From an uncultured Thermodesulfovibrio sp. (lineage in GTDB: Bacteria; Nitrospirota; Thermodesulfovibrionia; Thermodesulfovibrionales; JdFR-85), in the NCBI GenBank assembly GCA_964391515.1, contig CAYMML010000006.1:1-36755 (forward strand): DNA of 36,755 nucleotides, read 5' to 3'. Of the stretch, positions 34,954 through 36,755 are shown in pieces (the first letter of the stretch is position 1; every line of letters begins with the position of its first letter). A model generated the notes under the pieces. That model searched no databases and had not been told where the DNA came from. It saw nothing but the letters and a program-made list of their open reading frames with translations. The translations under genes were made by a program, and so were the position numbers.

Positions 34954-36755
34954 TCAGGCGGGATTGCTCAGCCGACCCTCTCCCATGCTGAGTGCATACC
35001 CGGCAGCGTAAAGGAACTCCTCCCCCTTTTCCCCGAGCATCTCTACGAAAGACTCCACCACAAAGGGATCAAACTGAGTGCCAGCACCGGTTCTCAACTC
35101 CTCTATAACCTTGGCGTACGGGAATGCCTTTCTGTATGGACGGTCGGTCAGCATGGCATCAAAGGTATCCACGACCGCAAGTATCCTCGCCTTGAGGGAT
35201 ATCTCCTCGCCGGCAAGCCCGTAAGGATATCCCTTACCGTCGAACCTCTCATGGTGCTGCATGATGGTGGTTCTCACATCGTCAAGTTCATCCACTGGCC
35301 CGAGTATCTCCTCACCTATCAATGGGTGTGCCTTCACAAGGCTGTATTCAGAGGATGTAAGTGCCCCATCCTTGTTAAGGATACCTGTGTCTATGCCTAT
35401 CTTTCCAATGTCATGAAGTATGGCGGCATGTTCGAGCACCTCAAGGTCGTGATAATCAAGCCCTATATGTTTGCCAAGTTCCACTGCAAGTGTCCTGACC
35501 CTTTCGGAATGACCTTTTGTGTACCGGTCATTCGCCTCAAGGGCATTAACAAGCGACTGGATTGTAGCAAAGTAGTTGGTCTTGACCTTTTCATACAGCC
35601 AGGCATTTTCTATCGCCACCATGGCCTGGTTGGCAAGCGTGGAGAGTATCTCAAGTTCATCATCAGAGAAGTACTCCCCATTGGTCTTGTGCTGAAGAAT
35701 TATCGCCCCTATCACTCTGTGCTTGAGTTTGAGAGGAACCGCCATAATAGTGGGAGATGAGGGACCCTGCCCATTGCCCTTCAAGAGTGGTTTTCCCTTC
35801 TGGCACACCTCAAGGTAGATCGGTTTGAGTTCAAGCGTGATATCGTTATAGTCCTCCATCCCGCTTCCGTGCTGGTACTTTATAGTGAGCGGGCTCATCC
35901 TCTCACCACTGAGGTGTATGGCACCCTCCTTTGCATCTAACATATCGGCGGTGGTCTTTATTATCAACCTTACCAGTTCCTTTGAATCAACGATACTGCT
36001 TAGTGCCCTGCCCACCTCATTTATCGTCTTCAGCCTCTCAACCATGTTACTGAGCCTGATGTTCTTTGTCTTTATCTCCTTTGAAAGCGACATTATCGCC
36101 TTGTTTGCAGTCTCTACCTCCTTCACCTTGTACTGCAACTGTTCATTTAACTCCTCAAGTTTCTTTTTATGTTCCAGTTCCGCCCTGACCTTGGAAAGTT
36201 CACGCTCCTTCTTGATGTTCTTATCGTAGAGATTCTTCAAATGGGCAATCATCTTGTTAAAGGAGGTACCGATAATCCCCATCTCGTCGTTGGAGTAGAA
36301 ATCCACCCTGGCATCCCAGTTGCCCTGATCAACCTCCTTTATGGTGCTTAGCAGTTTCTTCATCGGCCTTATCACAAAAAGGGTCAGGAGTATGCTAAGA
36401 ACCGCCGCAATCATAATCACTGCAAGCAGGTTGACCACAAAAAGGAACCTCTTCATGGAAAGGATCGCCTCTTTGTGTCTGGAAAAGTCCATCCCGAGTT
36501 CAATTATCCCATTTACCTTTCTCGATGGATCATGGCACCGATGACACTCTTTTTTGTTCATGATGGGAAGATAGTTCAGGACCATCTTCCTTTCATATAG
36601 AAAAGGCCCCTTGTTCTTCTGCCCATAATTTATAAACATCCTTGATTTCGTTCCCACCTCAAGGGGGAGTTTTGACTTCAGTATCTCACCTTCCGGTGAG
36701 ACAATCCTCAGGATGTTCAGTTCCTCATACTCACCAATGTTTTCAAGTATGGTCT
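34954..36755 (-). CDS. Membrane HD-GYP c-di-GMP phosphodiesterase with periplasmic CxxCH, HAMP and GAF; 5' end beyond the window
   Basis: HSERV, LHDIGK, HHERFDGKGYP, DAMLTDRPYRK; CHRCH before the TM helix. The frame stays open from 36657 to the window edge. Confidence 0.92.
   Translation of the reverse strand, partial: TILENIGEYEELNILRIVSPEGEILKSKLPLEVGTKSRMFINYGQKNKGPFLYERKMVLNYLPIMNKKECHRCHDPSRKVNGIIELGMDFSRHKEAILSMKRFLFVVNLLAVIMIAAVLSILLTLFVIRPMKKLLSTIKEVDQGNWDARVDFYSNDEMGIIGTSFNKMIAHLKNLYDKNIKKERELSKVRAELEHKKKLEELNEQLQYKVKEVETANKAIMSLSKEIKTKNIRLSNMVERLKTINEVGRALSSIVDSKELVRLIIKTTADMLDAKEGAIHLSGERMSPLTIKYQHGSGMEDYNDITLELKPIYLEVCQKGKPLLKGNGQGPSSPTIMAVPLKLKHRVIGAIILQHKTNGEYFSDDELEILSTLANQAMVAIENAWLYEKVKTNYFATIQSLVNALEANDRYTKGHSERVRTLAVELGKHIGLDYHDLEVLEHAAILHDIGKIGIDTGILNKDGALTSSEYSLVKAHPLIGEEILGPVDELDDVRTTIMQHHERFDGKGYPYGLAGEEISLKARILAVVDTFDAMLTDRPYRKAFPYAKVIEELRTGAGTQFDPFVVESFVEMLGEKGEEFLYAAGYALSMGEGRLSNPA

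Overview
Bacterial chromosome segment of moderate GC, mostly core genes. Gene content suggests an anaerobic diderm such as Nitrospirota/Thermodesulfovibrionia or Desulfobacterota (inference). In order: 3' part of a MoeA-like gene; HEPN-MNT toxin-antitoxin pair; Crp/Fnr regulator convergent with a small heme-copper-oxidase-like membrane protein; hemW-hypD; lptCAB-rpoN-hpf-rapZ-cysteine desulfurase; HU; TPR-oppD-oppF; three tRNAs; pseudopilins gspGHIJ; a long minus-strand run (yeiH, hybrid kinase, HesB-like gene, hemB, gyrA, holB, ricT, metG); gnd-tal-TPR lipoprotein-cdd-argJ; a Rid-family gene; and a truncated heme-c/HAMP/GAF/HD-GYP gene. The best hidden feature is a gene absent from the ORF track: a 103-aa HesB/IscA-like protein at 25283-25594 (-). 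It has an in-frame UGA at the conserved Cys position followed by a SECIS-like hairpin, so it is probably a selenoprotein. It ends 12 nt before an SD-less hemB and lies downstream of a perfect FNR-like palindrome and a kinase with a DosS-type heme GAF. Other points: a sigma54 site overlapping the sigma70 promoter of the rpoN operon, several apparently leaderless genes, a three-hairpin element upstream of gyrA, and a 144-bp inverted-repeat element upstream of the Rid gene. No CRISPR array, rRNA, prophage or intact transposase is seen. All calls come from reading the sequence; no database searches were run.
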